Shown: positions 52,060-63,800 of the stretch, in pieces
Numbering within the stretch: position 1 is the first letter of the stretch
Layout of the letters: each line of letters starts with the position of its first letter
DNA from: Chiloscyllium plagiosum
Lineage: Eukaryota
Direction of reading: 5' to 3'
DNA: 64,000 nt
Assembly: GCF_004010195.1 (NCBI RefSeq)
Contig: NC_057750.1
Span: 18,861,860-18,925,859 of the forward strand
Notes under the pieces: model-generated
Databases searched by the model: none
Told to the model about the DNA's origin: nothing
What the model saw: only the letters and a program-made list of their open reading frames with translations
Made by a program: the position numbers and the translations under genes

Positions 52060-52478
52060 AATACTCCAGGCACAGTAATAAACAGCCGAGTGATGCGCCT
52101 GTAGGTTGTGCGACTCCAGTTTAAAGTCAGAGCCACTCGGTCGTGTGGCGGTGAAACCGTCCGCCGCTCCTTCTTCATTCACATTTCCTGCACCTGCAGA
52201 ATAAAACATCAGCTGCAGCTCCTTTCCCGGGATTTGTCTGTACCAGAACATGTAACCGCTACTCTCACCCTTCACCGTGCATCTCAACTCCACTGCCTTA
52301 CCGAGGGGCCTGGAGACGCTGCTGGGAGTCTGATCAACTCTCGCTGTCTTCACATCTGAGAAAGGTCAGTAAACAGAAAGAAAATTAATAAAACGTAAAT
52401 GATGTCTGTTACCTCAAATTATTGGATGAACAATCACTTACATTGCAATAACGTCATGATGCACAATAAGAGATACAT
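52060..52478 (-). CDS. TRBV: TCR beta V gene segment (V9), intact ORF, variant nonamer
   Basis: Leader 52478-52442 (MYLLLCIMTLLQ, GTAAGT), 86-nt intron. V exon 52355-52060: KTARVDQTPSSVSRPLGKAVELRC...YYCAWSI. RSS CACAGTG-23-ATAAAACCC (52059-52021). Confidence 0.92.
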
Positions 52479-52981
52479 CTTCGTACTTTACGCTTTTCCT
52501 GTATGACCACGAACAAGAGTCCAATCTTGTCTGAAACTGGAGCCAGCTGCTTTCAAATCAATGAGAGAAACCTGAAGGATTCAGGAAATGACTTGTGTGT
52601 GCACATGCTCCTCCCCCTCTCTTTCTCTCTCTCTCTGTTTCTTTTTGCAAGTGGTGCAGCGGTGACCAGAAGGTTTCCAAAGGGAAGAGACAGTGGACAA
52701 AACACTGGCAGGTCCAGCTCACGGTGGGATTCTGTTGCTTTGTGGGATTCGTGAACACATTTGCTTGATATTGCCAGTCGACAATTTGTAGCAATTGCTG
52801 ACATTTGGTTAAATTCGTAATGAAGCAGCAGTTTCATTCGATTAAGAATACATCCGACCGTGACAGATCAGAACACTTAACTGATCCCGAACCCTTCTGT
52901 AGAATGGAGGAGACTGGGTGGCCGTTTTGGATCGTGCCTGAAGCTTTGGGGATAGTCTTTGCTAATAAAATACTTTTTTTT

Positions 52982-53292
52982 TAGATAACCTACAGTGTGG
53001 AAACAGGCCCTTCGGCCCAACAAGTCCACATCGACCCTCCGAAGAATGACCCACCCAGTCCCACTTCCTTCTAACTAATGCACCTAACACTATGCGGAAT
53101 TTAGCATGGCCAATTCACCTGACCTGCATAGCTTTGGACTGTGGGAGGAAGCCGGAGCACCCGGAGGAAACCCACGCAGAGACGGGGAGAATGTGCAAAC
53201 TCCACACAGACAGTTGCCCAAGGTTGGAATCGGACCTGGGACCCTGGTGCTGTGAGGCAGCAGTGCCAACAACTGAGCCACCGTGCTGCCCG
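52982..53292 (-). mobile_element. HE1-like SINE upstream of V9 (duplicated at 54608-54916)
   Basis: Reverse V-core and tRNA head; absent upstream of paralog V5. Confidence 0.85.
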
Positions 53293-53685
53293 TTTTCTTT
53301 GACTCTTGGGTTGATTACATACGATGCATTCTATTTTACTGAATTTGCCTTTGCTGTGGGAATGTGGAAGGGATATTACTACTTTGGAACAGTTCATTAG
53401 TAATTAGTGGAGAATTTCTGGTCTTCTCCCAGCTATATGGGATCTAATTTCACTGGACCCTCTCATTTATTTCTCAGGGATTTCTTCGCTCAGTGAACTT
53501 GTGGAATTCTCCACTGCGGAAGGCTGTGGAGGCTTCGTCACTGTATATATTCAAGAAAGAGATAGCCTATTTTTAATTCCAAAGGTGTCATGGGTTTTGG
53601 GGGTGAAAGCAGTAATTTGGTGTTGAAACAGAGGATCATCCGTGATCAAATTGAATGAGCTGCTCCATCTCTCTGAGTCACTGTG

Positions 53686-54104
53686 AATACTCCAGGCACA
53701 GTAATAAACAGCCGAGTGATGCGCCTGCAGGTTGCGAGACTCCAGGTTAAAGTCAGAGCCACTCGGTCGTGTGGCGGTGAAACCGTCCGCCGCTCCTTCT
53801 TCATTCACATTTCCTGCAGCTGCAGAATAAAACATCAGCTGCAGCTCCTTTCCCTGGTATTGTCTGTACCAGAACATGTAACCGCTACTCTCACCCTCCA
53901 CCGTGCACCTCAACTCCACTGCCTTGCCGAGGGACCTGGAGACGCTACTGGGAGTCTGAACGACTCTCGCTGTCTTCACATCTGAGAAAGGTCAGTAAAC
54001 AGAAAGGAAATTAATAAAGCATAAATGATGGTTGTTACCTCAAATTATTGGATGAACAATCTCTTACATTGCAATAACGTCATGATGCACAATAAGAGAT
54101 ACAT
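53686..54104 (-). CDS. TRBV: TCR beta V gene segment (V10), tandem copy of V9; intact ORF but RSS nonamer lost
   Basis: Leader 54104-54068. V exon 53981-53686 is open to YYCAWSI. Heptamer CACAGTG and 23-nt spacer are present, but the nonamer position reads TTCAATTTG. Confidence 0.9.
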
Positions 54105-54607
54105 CTTCTTACTTTAAGCTTTTCCTGTATGACCACGAACAAGAGTCCAATCTTGTCTGAAACTGGAACCAGCTGCTTTCAAATCAATGAGAGAAACCTG
54201 AAGGATTCAGGAAATGACTTGGGTGTGCACATGCCCCTCTCCCTCTCTTTCTCTCTCTCTCTGTTTCTTGGTGCAAGTGGTGCAGCGGTGAACAGAAGGT
54301 TTCCAAAGGGAAGAGACAGTGGACAAAACACTGGCAGGTCCAGCTCACGGTAGGATTCTGTTGCTTTGTGGGATTCGTGAACACATTTGCTTGATATTGC
54401 CAGTCGACAATTTGTAGCAATTGCTGACATTTTGTTGAAATCGTAACGAAGCAGCAGTTTCATTCGATTAAGAATACATCCGACCGTGACAGATGAGAAC
54501 ACTTCACTGATCCCGAACCCTTCTGTAGAATGGAGAAGACTGGGTGGCGGTTTTGGATCGTGCCTGAAGCTTTGGGGATAGTCTTTGCTAATAAAATACT
54601 TTTTTTA

Positions 54608-54916
54608 AGATCACCTACAGTGTGGAAACAGGCCCTTCGGCCCAACAAGTCCACATCGACCCTCCGAAGAGTGACCCACCCAGTCCCACTTCCCTCTAAC
54701 TAATGCACCTAACACTATGGGCAATTTAGCATGGCCAATTCATCTGACCTGCATAGCTTCGGACTGTGGGAGGAAACCGGAGCACCCGGAGGAAACCCAC
54801 GCAGACACGGGGAGAATGTGCAAACTCCACACAGACAGTTGCCCAAGGTTGGAATCGAACCTGGGACCCTGGTGCTGTGAGGCAGCAGTGCCAACCACTG
54901 AGCCACCGTGCTGCCC
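54608..54916 (-). mobile_element. HE1-like SINE upstream of V10
   Basis: Duplicate of 52982-53292. Confidence 0.85.
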
Positions 54917-56615
54917 GTTTTCTTTGACTGTCGGGTTGATTACATACGAGGCATTCTATTTTACTGAATTTGCCTTTGCCAAGGGAATGTAGAAGGGATG
55001 TTACTACTTTGGAACAGTTCATTAATAATTAGTGGTGAATTCCCGGTCTTCTCCCAGCTATATGGGATCTAATTTCACTGGACCCTCTCATTTTTTTCTC
55101 AGGGATTTCTTCGCTCAGTGAACTTGTGGAATTCTCCACTGCGGAAGGCTGTGGAGGCTTCGTCACTGTATATATTCAAGAAAGAGATAGCCTATTTTTA
55201 ATTCCAAAGGTGTCATGGGTTTTGGGGGTGAAAGCAGTAATTTGGTGTTGAAACAGAGGATCATCCGTGATCAAATTGAATGGCAGATTAGGCTCGAAGA
55301 TATGAATAGCTTACTCCTGTTTCCAGCGATTACATTTCGATGTTGAGCGGTGAAAGTCGAAACAAGTTACTTAACTCTCCCATGGCTATGGAAGTTGTGA
55401 GATTAAGTAATTTGTAGAATTTAAGGAGGATTTCTTCGCCTTCACTGAGATTTTTTTCCCTCAGTCAGGATTTCTGACATTTACTGTCTTCCCAAAGCGA
55501 CGGAGATTAATGTATTTTAATCGGGTCAGTGTGTAAACGAATGGTTAGTGAAGGTGAGTAGATTGAATGTATGCATTGCTGCACTCTGGGCTATTTGATT
55601 GGCGGCGCAAGCTTGAGAGATAATTTGGTCTCTGCTCCTGTACCAGCCCCAGGTGCATTTCATGGTGATGAAGCGCCCTCTATTGCACCAATAGAAAAAT
55701 AATTTAAAAACGTCCTGGATTCTTTTCACCAGTCTCTTCCGATTTTCATTAATTTCCCATCCATTTCTATCAATTGCTTATTTTCAGTGTATTGTTCCAA
55801 ATCCATTCTGTGTATCTCCGAATTCCACATTCTTACCATCTCGGGAAAAAAAATTCTCCTGACTTCCCGTTCATATTTACTCTGAGAGAATGTGGTGACC
55901 TCGAGTTTAGAAGTTCGGCAGAGCCTAAATTATTGAACCCAGCTTTTCAGCAGATACGAACCTGTTCAAACTTTCTTGGGTTTGAGAGCTTTATCTTTAT
56001 TCAATTTCGCAATCAACCTCAAGACTATCACACTACTAAGAAGAATATAGAGCCTTTGAGGTGCGGCAGAAAAGATCAACTGGAACGTAGCCCTAGTTGG
56101 GAGGGTTTTATAACATCGGAAGATGAAGTGTGTTCTGAAGTTTATAACATTGAGAGGCATGAATCGAATGGGCAATCGAAGTCTTTTTCCTCAGGGTAGA
56201 AGTATCATTTACTTGGTGGCATACGTTTAAGGTAAATTAAGGCACGTTTGTTTTTAAAACTCTCAGGCTGGGAAGTGTTGGAATGCGCTACGACAGAAGG
56301 TGCTGGAGGCGGATGCAACAGCAAATTTTAAGAGTCATCTTGACGTTACACGAAGAGGCAGGGGATTGAGTGTAGAGAGTTCTATCTAGAAAGGCTGTCG
56401 CGTGTCGGGACAGAATTGAAGGATCCGTTCCTGTGCTCTAGGTTTTGTTCTAACAATATCTCGATACGTCATTACTTTCTATCCCCTCCATTGTTGCCCA
56501 TGATTTTACAAAACCAGAAAGAAAAGGAAACCCTTCAGGTTTTGACGATAGCAGTTGTTTCTTGTCACCGTTTGGGGTTTTTTGTTGAGCTGCTCTCTCT
56601 CGCTGAGTCACTGTG

Positions 56616-57140
56616 AAGACTCCAAGCGCAGTAATACACGGCTGAGTGATTCGCTTGGAGGTTGGAGGATTTCAGGCTGAACTTGGTGTTACTCGGTCTG
56701 TCAGCGGTGAAACCGTCCACCGGCTCCGGTGGAGTCACGTACTGTGCTGTATTGGAGTAAAACATCTGCTGCAGCTCTTTTCCGGGGGACTATTTGTACC
56801 AGTACAAGTAGAGAGTACTACTGCTGCTGACCTCCACATTGCACTCCAATTTCACTCCCTCTCCGGGAAATTTGGAGACGGCGGTGGGGTTCTGGTGGAT
56901 AGTCTGTGATTTCACATCTGAGGAAAAGATGGGGAGAGGAAGAGGTCAGTAATTGGGGGTAGAGAGGTGGAGAAAGATAAAAAGGTAATGAATGTGGGAA
57001 AAGAACCCATTACAGAGAAATATAATGAGTGCAGGAGTGAAGGATAGCCACTTGAAGGAAATTTGCAGGTTGAAATATGGTTGTAAATTAAACAGTCCCT
57101 TACAGTGAAATACGATGAACAGAGCGAGCAACAGATACAT
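56616..57140 (-). pseudogene. TRBV: TCR beta V pseudogene (V11), paralog of V6 with a single nonsense codon
   Basis: Leader 57140-57104 (MYLLLALFIVFH). V exon 56917-56616 is in frame except WYK-TAG (56792-56790; CAG in V6). RSS CACAGTG-23-ACAAAAAAC (56615-56577). Confidence 0.9.
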
Positions 57141-57829
57141 CTTCCACTTCAAGGTTTCCTTTTGTGGCAATCGTTATCGTTGGCGAGCCAACATTAGAAA
57201 AACAGTGCAACTCTCCTCCCTCTGATTGAGAGTCTAGCCCTTCCCTCTTACACGCATTGATAGCCCCGCCCTATGCTAGTAACTCCCCAGCCACTCCCTT
57301 CCTGATTGGACGATAGGGAGCTGCCGAGAGTAGGAAGTATTCAAGACTCCTTGGGGATAGGTGGAGGGACAATATTATGGAGAGACCACGGCTCAAATTC
57401 ACGGAAGCTATAATGAAAGGCCATATGGACAGATCTCAGCAAGAGGGAGGGTACAATCACTTTGGTGGGGTTGTATTGTCAATAGCCAAACGGTGATAGA
57501 CGAACAGATATGTGGACAGATTATGTAAAAAAGGTGGCAATAGGATTGCTGTTGTAGATGAATTTGACTTCTATATTGACTGAGACTCGCTTAGTGCCTG
57601 GGGCATGAACGGGGAAGAATTTACAGGTATACCAGGGCAGTTTTTATTGAAACAATGTATAAATAGTCCAATTAGGGGAGGAACATGCTAGATCTGGAAT
57701 TGGAGAATGAACCTGGACACATGATTAAAATTTCATTGGAGAAGCATTTTAGGAACAGTAACCCTGAATCTATAAGCTTTAATTGGTAAGGATAACAGTC
57801 GCACTTGAGTGAAAAAAAGAAACTAAATT

Positions 57830-60800
57830 GCAGCTGGCATTTATATATAGGGAGCAAGAGGAGAGCTAGAGTTAAAGTAGGTCCACTCATGGACAGAGGA
57901 GAGAACTTGTGCATGGAGCCAGAAGGAGTGAATGAAACTCTTACTGAGTACTTCGCATTGGTATTCACAAAGGAGGAGGATATGATTTTTGGCGAGTCTC
58001 AGGAGGGGAATGTGATTTTCAGTGCCATATCAATATGAAAAAGAGAAAGCTTTGACCGTTTTACAATGCATTAAGTTAAACACCCTCTCAGGATCTGATG
58101 GGTTCTATCTCAAGATGTTGATGGAGGCAGGTGAGGAAATTGCTCGGACCTTGTATGAAGTCTTTGCCTCCTCTTTAGACTGGGAGAGATCCCAATGGAC
58201 TGGAGAATAGCCAGTATATTGTTCCTTTATTTAAGAAGAGCACCAGGGTTAATCCAAAAAAAAGCTATAGGCCACTGAACCTTACATCAGTACCAGGGAA
58301 ATTATTGGAGAAGATTCTTAGGGATAGGATTTACTCACATTTAGAAAAATGTGAATCTACTAGTGAGGTGTTTTGTAGTCGGTTTCTTTCTTATGAAGAA
58401 AAGTTATGACAGACATATCTGCTCGAAGCACATAAAATAAACAGCTTGTGAAGCCTTGTTTCTTTTTAAAGTTGGAACAATCAAAGCAGCCTCAATGAGT
58501 GGGGCAAAACTCCCAGAGAACCAGGTGTTTTAGTTTAGCTTTCAGTAGCTGTTGCTGGGGTCTTGAAGCCGGATGTGGTAGCTTTTATTCCTCTCTCTAT
58601 TACAGCCAAAAGCTGGGGTTGTCTTCCTGCTGCAAGATATAAATGTAAGACAATCGAATTTGCCTTTGCAAGAGCGTGTTTATGGTTTGTTAATACATTG
58701 AAACGCTTAGTGAGTAGTTCATTATTTTGGTAAGCGTTTCAATTGTTACAGTTAAGCAAATTCATTACCCTTATTTTAGTTTGTCTGTATTTTAATTGTA
58801 ATCTCTGAGTAAAGCGTGCTTTGCTTCTAGACCATAGTCTTGATCAATTGAATTTTCCCAGAGTGCCTGCCCCTTGCTTTTAACTTAAGAATGTTAGGGT
58901 GCAGGCTATCTCCTTGAAATGTTTTGAGGGGGTTTACTCTGGTCCATAACAACAGGCAAAATGGATTTGTATAGAGAAGGTTGTATCTCACAAACGTGAC
59001 TTGAGCTTTTGTTTTGAAGAAGTGACAAAGTTGGTTAAGGACAGGGCGGTAGATGTTGTCTATATGGGGTTGAGCAAGTTCTTTGATGAGTTAGTAGGCT
59101 GGTACAAAACGTGGTGACACATGTGATCTGCAGTGAGCTAGAATGGAGGAGGATACAGAAGTGCCTTAGTCATAGAAGACAGAGAATAGTAGTGGAAGGT
59201 TGTATTTTTGATTGGAGATTTGTGACCAGTGATGTTCTGCAGGGATCAATGCAGTGAACCCTGTTGGTTGACACACGTAAACAAATGATATTGAGGAAAA
59301 TGTAGGTTGCCTGAATACTATGTTTGTGGATCACACAGCTATTGATGGAGCTACGCATAGTGAGAAGGACACCTAGAGGATACAACAGGATACTGATCGG
59401 CTGGAGACATGGGCAGAAAATTGGCAGTTTAATCTGGAAAATGTGAAGCGATGATATTTTGGAAGATCTAATGCAGGATGGAAGTATACAGTAAATGGCA
59501 GAACTCTTTAAAGCATGAAAATATAGAGGGTTCTAAGCATACAGGTCGACAGATCCCTGAAAGTGGCAACATAAGTGGATGAGGTGGTCAAGAAACATAT
59601 AGCATGCTTGCCTTCATCGGTTAGGGTGTAGATTATAAAAACTGGCCAGTCCTGTTGCTGCTGTACAGAAATCAGTTTGGTCATATTTCAAGTGTTGCAT
59701 CCAATTCCAGTCACCACAATACTAGCAGGATGTGGAGGCTTTTGAGAGGCTGCAGAAACGGTTTAGCAGGATGTTGATTAGTTTGGACGATATTAACAAT
59801 GAAGACATAATGGACAAACTTAATTTGTTTTCACTTGAACGTTGAAGGATGAGGTGCAAGGTAATAGAGATTTACAAAATTGAGAGGTATGGACAGTTGG
59901 AGTCTTTTTCCCAGGTTAGAAATGCCAATTACTAGGTAAGTTCTTAAAAACAGACGTGTGAGACATGTCTTTCAGAAAGAAGGTGGTAAATGCGAGTAAG
60001 GCGCTGCCAGAGGTGATGGTTCAGGCGAATTCAATAATCACATTTTAAGATGCACCTTGCCAGACACTTGAATAGGCAGGGAATAGAGGGAATCAAGATT
60101 AGAATGGTGCTGGAAGAGCACAAGAGGTCAGGCAGCATCTGAGGAGCAGGAAAATCGATGTTTTGGGCAGGAGCCCTTTGTCAGGAATGTGGCTTGGAAC
60201 CTTCGGGGTCGAGAAATAAATGAGAGGAGGATGGGGCTAGGGAGAAGGTAACTAAGAGTGAAATAGGTGGATGGAAGTGGGGGAAAAGGTGATAGGTAGG
60301 AGGGGAGGTTGGAGCAAATGTGTTGGAAGGAAGATTGGCAGGTAGGAAGGTCATGAGGATGGTGCTGAGCTGGCAGCTTGGAACTGGGGCAAGGTGGAAC
60401 GTCGGAAATGAAGGAAACTGGTGAAAATCACCATCTCCTAACCTGTCCCAATTGCCAATCTTCCTTCTCACCTTTCCGTTCCACCCTCCTCTCCCATCTA
60501 TCACCTTTATCCCCACCTCCATTTACCTATTGCACTCTTAGCTACCACCTCCCCAAACTCCCTCCCCTCCCATTTTCTTTCCAAGCCGATGCATCCCTGC
60601 CTCATTCCTGCTGAAGGCCTTCTGCCTGAAAAGTCGATTTTACCGTTCCTTGGATGCTGTCTGACCTACTATGCTTTTGCAGGACGACTCTAATCTTGAC
60701 TCTGATCTCCAGCATCTGCAGCCCTCACGTTTGCCTAGGGGACAGAGAGATATGGACCGTGTAGAAGCAAAGACTTTTAGTTGAGAAAGACATCATATGT

Positions 60801-60860
60801 CAGTGGAGTCTTGGCAGGCTGCAAGACCAGTTCCAGTGCTGTCCTCTTCTTTGTATTTTA
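57830..60860 (+). mobile_element. Degenerate CR1 LINE with nested LTR-like and PLE insertions (paralog of ~27050-29000)
   Basis: KVGPLMDRGENLCMEPEGVNETLTEYFALVFTKEE; IVPLFKK..YRPL; CR1 C-terminal relics. Confidence 0.7.
60095..60738. mobile_element. Penelope-derived inverted-repeat element
   Basis: Same arm family in inverted arrangement; degenerate TSD AGGGAATAGAGGGA/AGGGGACAGAGAGA. Confidence 0.7.
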
Positions 60861-63800
60861 TTGAAGCTGTTTGTACAAAGATATAAACATAAGTTACACA
60901 AACGCAAGGTACGAGTATTAAAACATTCTTAATTGAAGATTTTTGTCCAAAAATATTTTTTTAAAACTCGGAAAAATATTGGCAAACTGTAACTTGTGTT
61001 GTGACAGAAGGATCTTAACTATTTAAAGCTTCATTAATGATTTTGTTGAAGGACCAATTGTTGAAGTCAAATAAAACGATACGAAAGCACGCTTGAGGAA
61101 GGACACAAGCAGCCTGCAAATAGATCAAGTAGGTGATGTGGGTGAGGAAACATTTTGGAAGGTAGAATGTGATGTGCAAAAAACGCAAAAGTTTTTGATA
61201 TTCTCAAGACAAGTACTGTAGAAGAGACCTGACCAGGACAAAATTTCAGGAGGCAGCAGAGTTCAGGCACATAGCTGCTTATTCAAGCAATTACCAGCAA
61301 CATGCAGAGAGTTGCAATCGAGAACTCCACACTGCACTGTGTCAAATGTACTCCATCCTCGTGCTAGCAGAGTCTCAGTTTATATATTTTCCTTGCCCCT
61401 CTCTGAAACGGCTGTGCGCATCCACTCCTCTGTGGATGCGCACAGAGGTCAAAGGTGTTGAGTTGTCGAACTGTGATTGGATCCTTTTTATATAATTTTA
61501 TACAAACAATTTGCTTGCTGCTTTGTGTTTAACTGCCAATTAATTAGATAGGGAACTTTTAAGTTTCTCATTGTAGGGAATACAAAGAAATATTGATTTT
61601 TGATCAGTTCCAACAAACTTACGTGGTTACATCGAAAGATAGATTTCTTTAAGCTAACAAGCTACGTCTCAATGTGTTCATTCAACCCACATTACAAAGT
61701 CTGATCATCTCTGTCTTCACTGTAAGGACAAGCAGTTGGGAGTGGGAGGTGGTAGGGGGTGCGGAGGAGCTACTATTGCATGAAACTAGTTTGAATCTGA
61801 TTCTCTAATGCTTTTAGTGACCTTTTTGTATATATGTGGATACATAATTAATTCTGAATCCATATCTATGATGATCTGAAGGGTAGTAACTATAACTTAC
61901 TCTTAATCTTGTATCAAATTGATGAAATAATTCAAGAGAAACAACATGCCCATATGAAATGCCCTTTTTAGGTGAGCTACTGCAGTTGTAATTCTATCCC
62001 AGCTAGTAGCCTTCATTACACATACCTGCTACTGTTCCACTTGTGGAGACTATATTAAGAAAACATTTCCAAAGCTGCATAACTACTATCAGCCATATTC
62101 TGCAGAGCGAGAAGGGCAGCTTTCAGTCATTTTGTGCTGCTCAGTTATGGGAGCCTTAACAAATACAGAAGTAGCATAGAATTAGGGAGACTGAAAAAAT
62201 CTGCAATGCAGAAGGTTCTGGATCTCCTCATGCATGAACACGATCACAATATAAGTTTGTGTCGGGAACAACAAGTAAATCAGAAGGCAAATGGAATGTT
62301 GCCCTTTGCTATAAGAGGTGCAGAGTTTTTTTTTAAAAGGAGGGAGATGTCGCAAAGCTTGTCCTTTTTTTTCTAAAAGTTGTTACTTTCTCAAGGATAC
62401 TGTGCCCTTGACTTTTTTCTCCAGAGAAGTCATAGACCAGGCCTGGCAACGATCAAACTGTTTTGGTACAGAGATGAAAAGGATTTTGGGAGGCCTTTTG
62501 TTTATATGTAAACAGATGAGACTTCAGGCCAAAGTGGTCATGTTTGGGAAGTGATCTGTATGATGAAAAGGGAGTGGTCAGCTGTCCAGATGAGTAGTTC
62601 AGTTCAGCCCAGAACTAATTGGCAGTGCAACAGTGCTGTGTGGAAACACTCTCTCTCCTTCTGCTCTTCTACCTTCAATCTGTAAGCATCTGTTACTTTT
62701 TAAAACTGTGTTTCAAGAGGGTTTGCTTATTGGGACTTCTGTGTATATTCGCAACAGTATAATTAAGTTTAGTTTGGATAGACTGAGCTCTGTAGAGGTT
62801 CCTAATTCTGTTCTTTGTGTTCAATTGTGTAATTTTGTGATTAGGGTTTTGTCTGTTTAAAATCTGATATTCAACCTAGCTGCCTTACTGCAGGTAATTT
62901 TCATTTGCACTTGCCAAAACAAAGTTATGGCAAGTACAGTTATGGTCTAAGTTGCCTAATCAAGAATATTTTGAGTGGTCTAGCCTAGTCCACAACAGTC
63001 TTCATTGAATCTTTGTGGTCCATCTTGGTCTAGATTTGGAAAGACAGTTGCTGCTCTCGCAACTGTGAAATATATATGTCATGGTAATCAGAAATATTGT
63101 GAAAATTCACTTTTCCAGAGACTCCAATTTGCAATGCATTCCATGAACCAGACAGTGACTAGAAGTTTCTGATGAGTTGCCTTATGGACTAGACCAGACT
63201 CCCTGAAAATATTTAAGAAGGTCATCTCGATGCTAACATTTTCTTATTTTAAATGCAGAAGTGAAGATGATAATCCAGGTGTGATACAACTGGTCAAACC
63301 ACTCGACTTTAAGCAAAGTAGAATTTATCTAAACACTACAATTGAAACACAAGCAAAATTTAGAATAAGTTCACTACTGGAAAACTTCACAGACCCAAAA
63401 CAGCAACTTACCTTATTAACTGTTCCAACATAGCAACATACCGTAAACACATCTCTTAACAAAAGAATAAATTCAAACACAGATTCTTACAGGCAGGATA
63501 AAACACCATCGAAAGAGATTTTAGAGAAAGTCAGTTAGAAATCATTTACTGAAGCTTGCAAACCTTCTGGTACTCAAAACATCTTCTTACTGGTAGAGTT
63601 AAAACAAAACCTAGAAAACTCTGAACTGGGAGAACTGACCACTCCCCTTCTATTACTAAACTGTTTTAGCTTTCCAGCTCCCCAGACTCTTCCTCTCCCC
63701 TGCCTTTGCAACCACTCTTCAAACAAACCCAGAACAAAATAATATTTTTAAAGTAACAGGATCATCAATAATCCTTATTTCAGACCCAAATTAGACAGAC

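Larger units (their letters stand above)
52030..55280. repeat. ~1.6-kb tandem duplication (52030-53655 / 53656-55280) containing V exon, leader, promoter and a SINE
   Basis: Near-identical units offset by ~1626 bp; both end ...CATCCGTGATCAAATTGAA. Confidence 0.93.
38838..62325 (+). repeat. Second copy of a large segmental duplication (first copy ~1-30430)
   Basis: Collinear matches: 1-468~38838-39266; 8455-12390~39270-42970; 17940-23830~50680-57820; 27050-30430~57880-62325. Gene pairs V3/V7, V5/V9-10, V6/V11. Confidence 0.88.

Noticed and set aside
53640-53690. Germline RAG-mediated joining as the cause of the V9/V10 duplication
   Set aside because: The breakpoint is at the spacer/nonamer side rather than the heptamer/coding border where RAG cleaves, and no signal joint is seen.
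2985-57140. Possibility that the V segments are IgNAR, NAR-TCR, IgH/IgL or germline-joined genes
   Set aside because: They have full FR2/CDR2, a TRBV-like LQLMFYS and CAWS end, unrearranged 23-RSS, no nearby D/J/C minicluster and no Ig octamer noticed.
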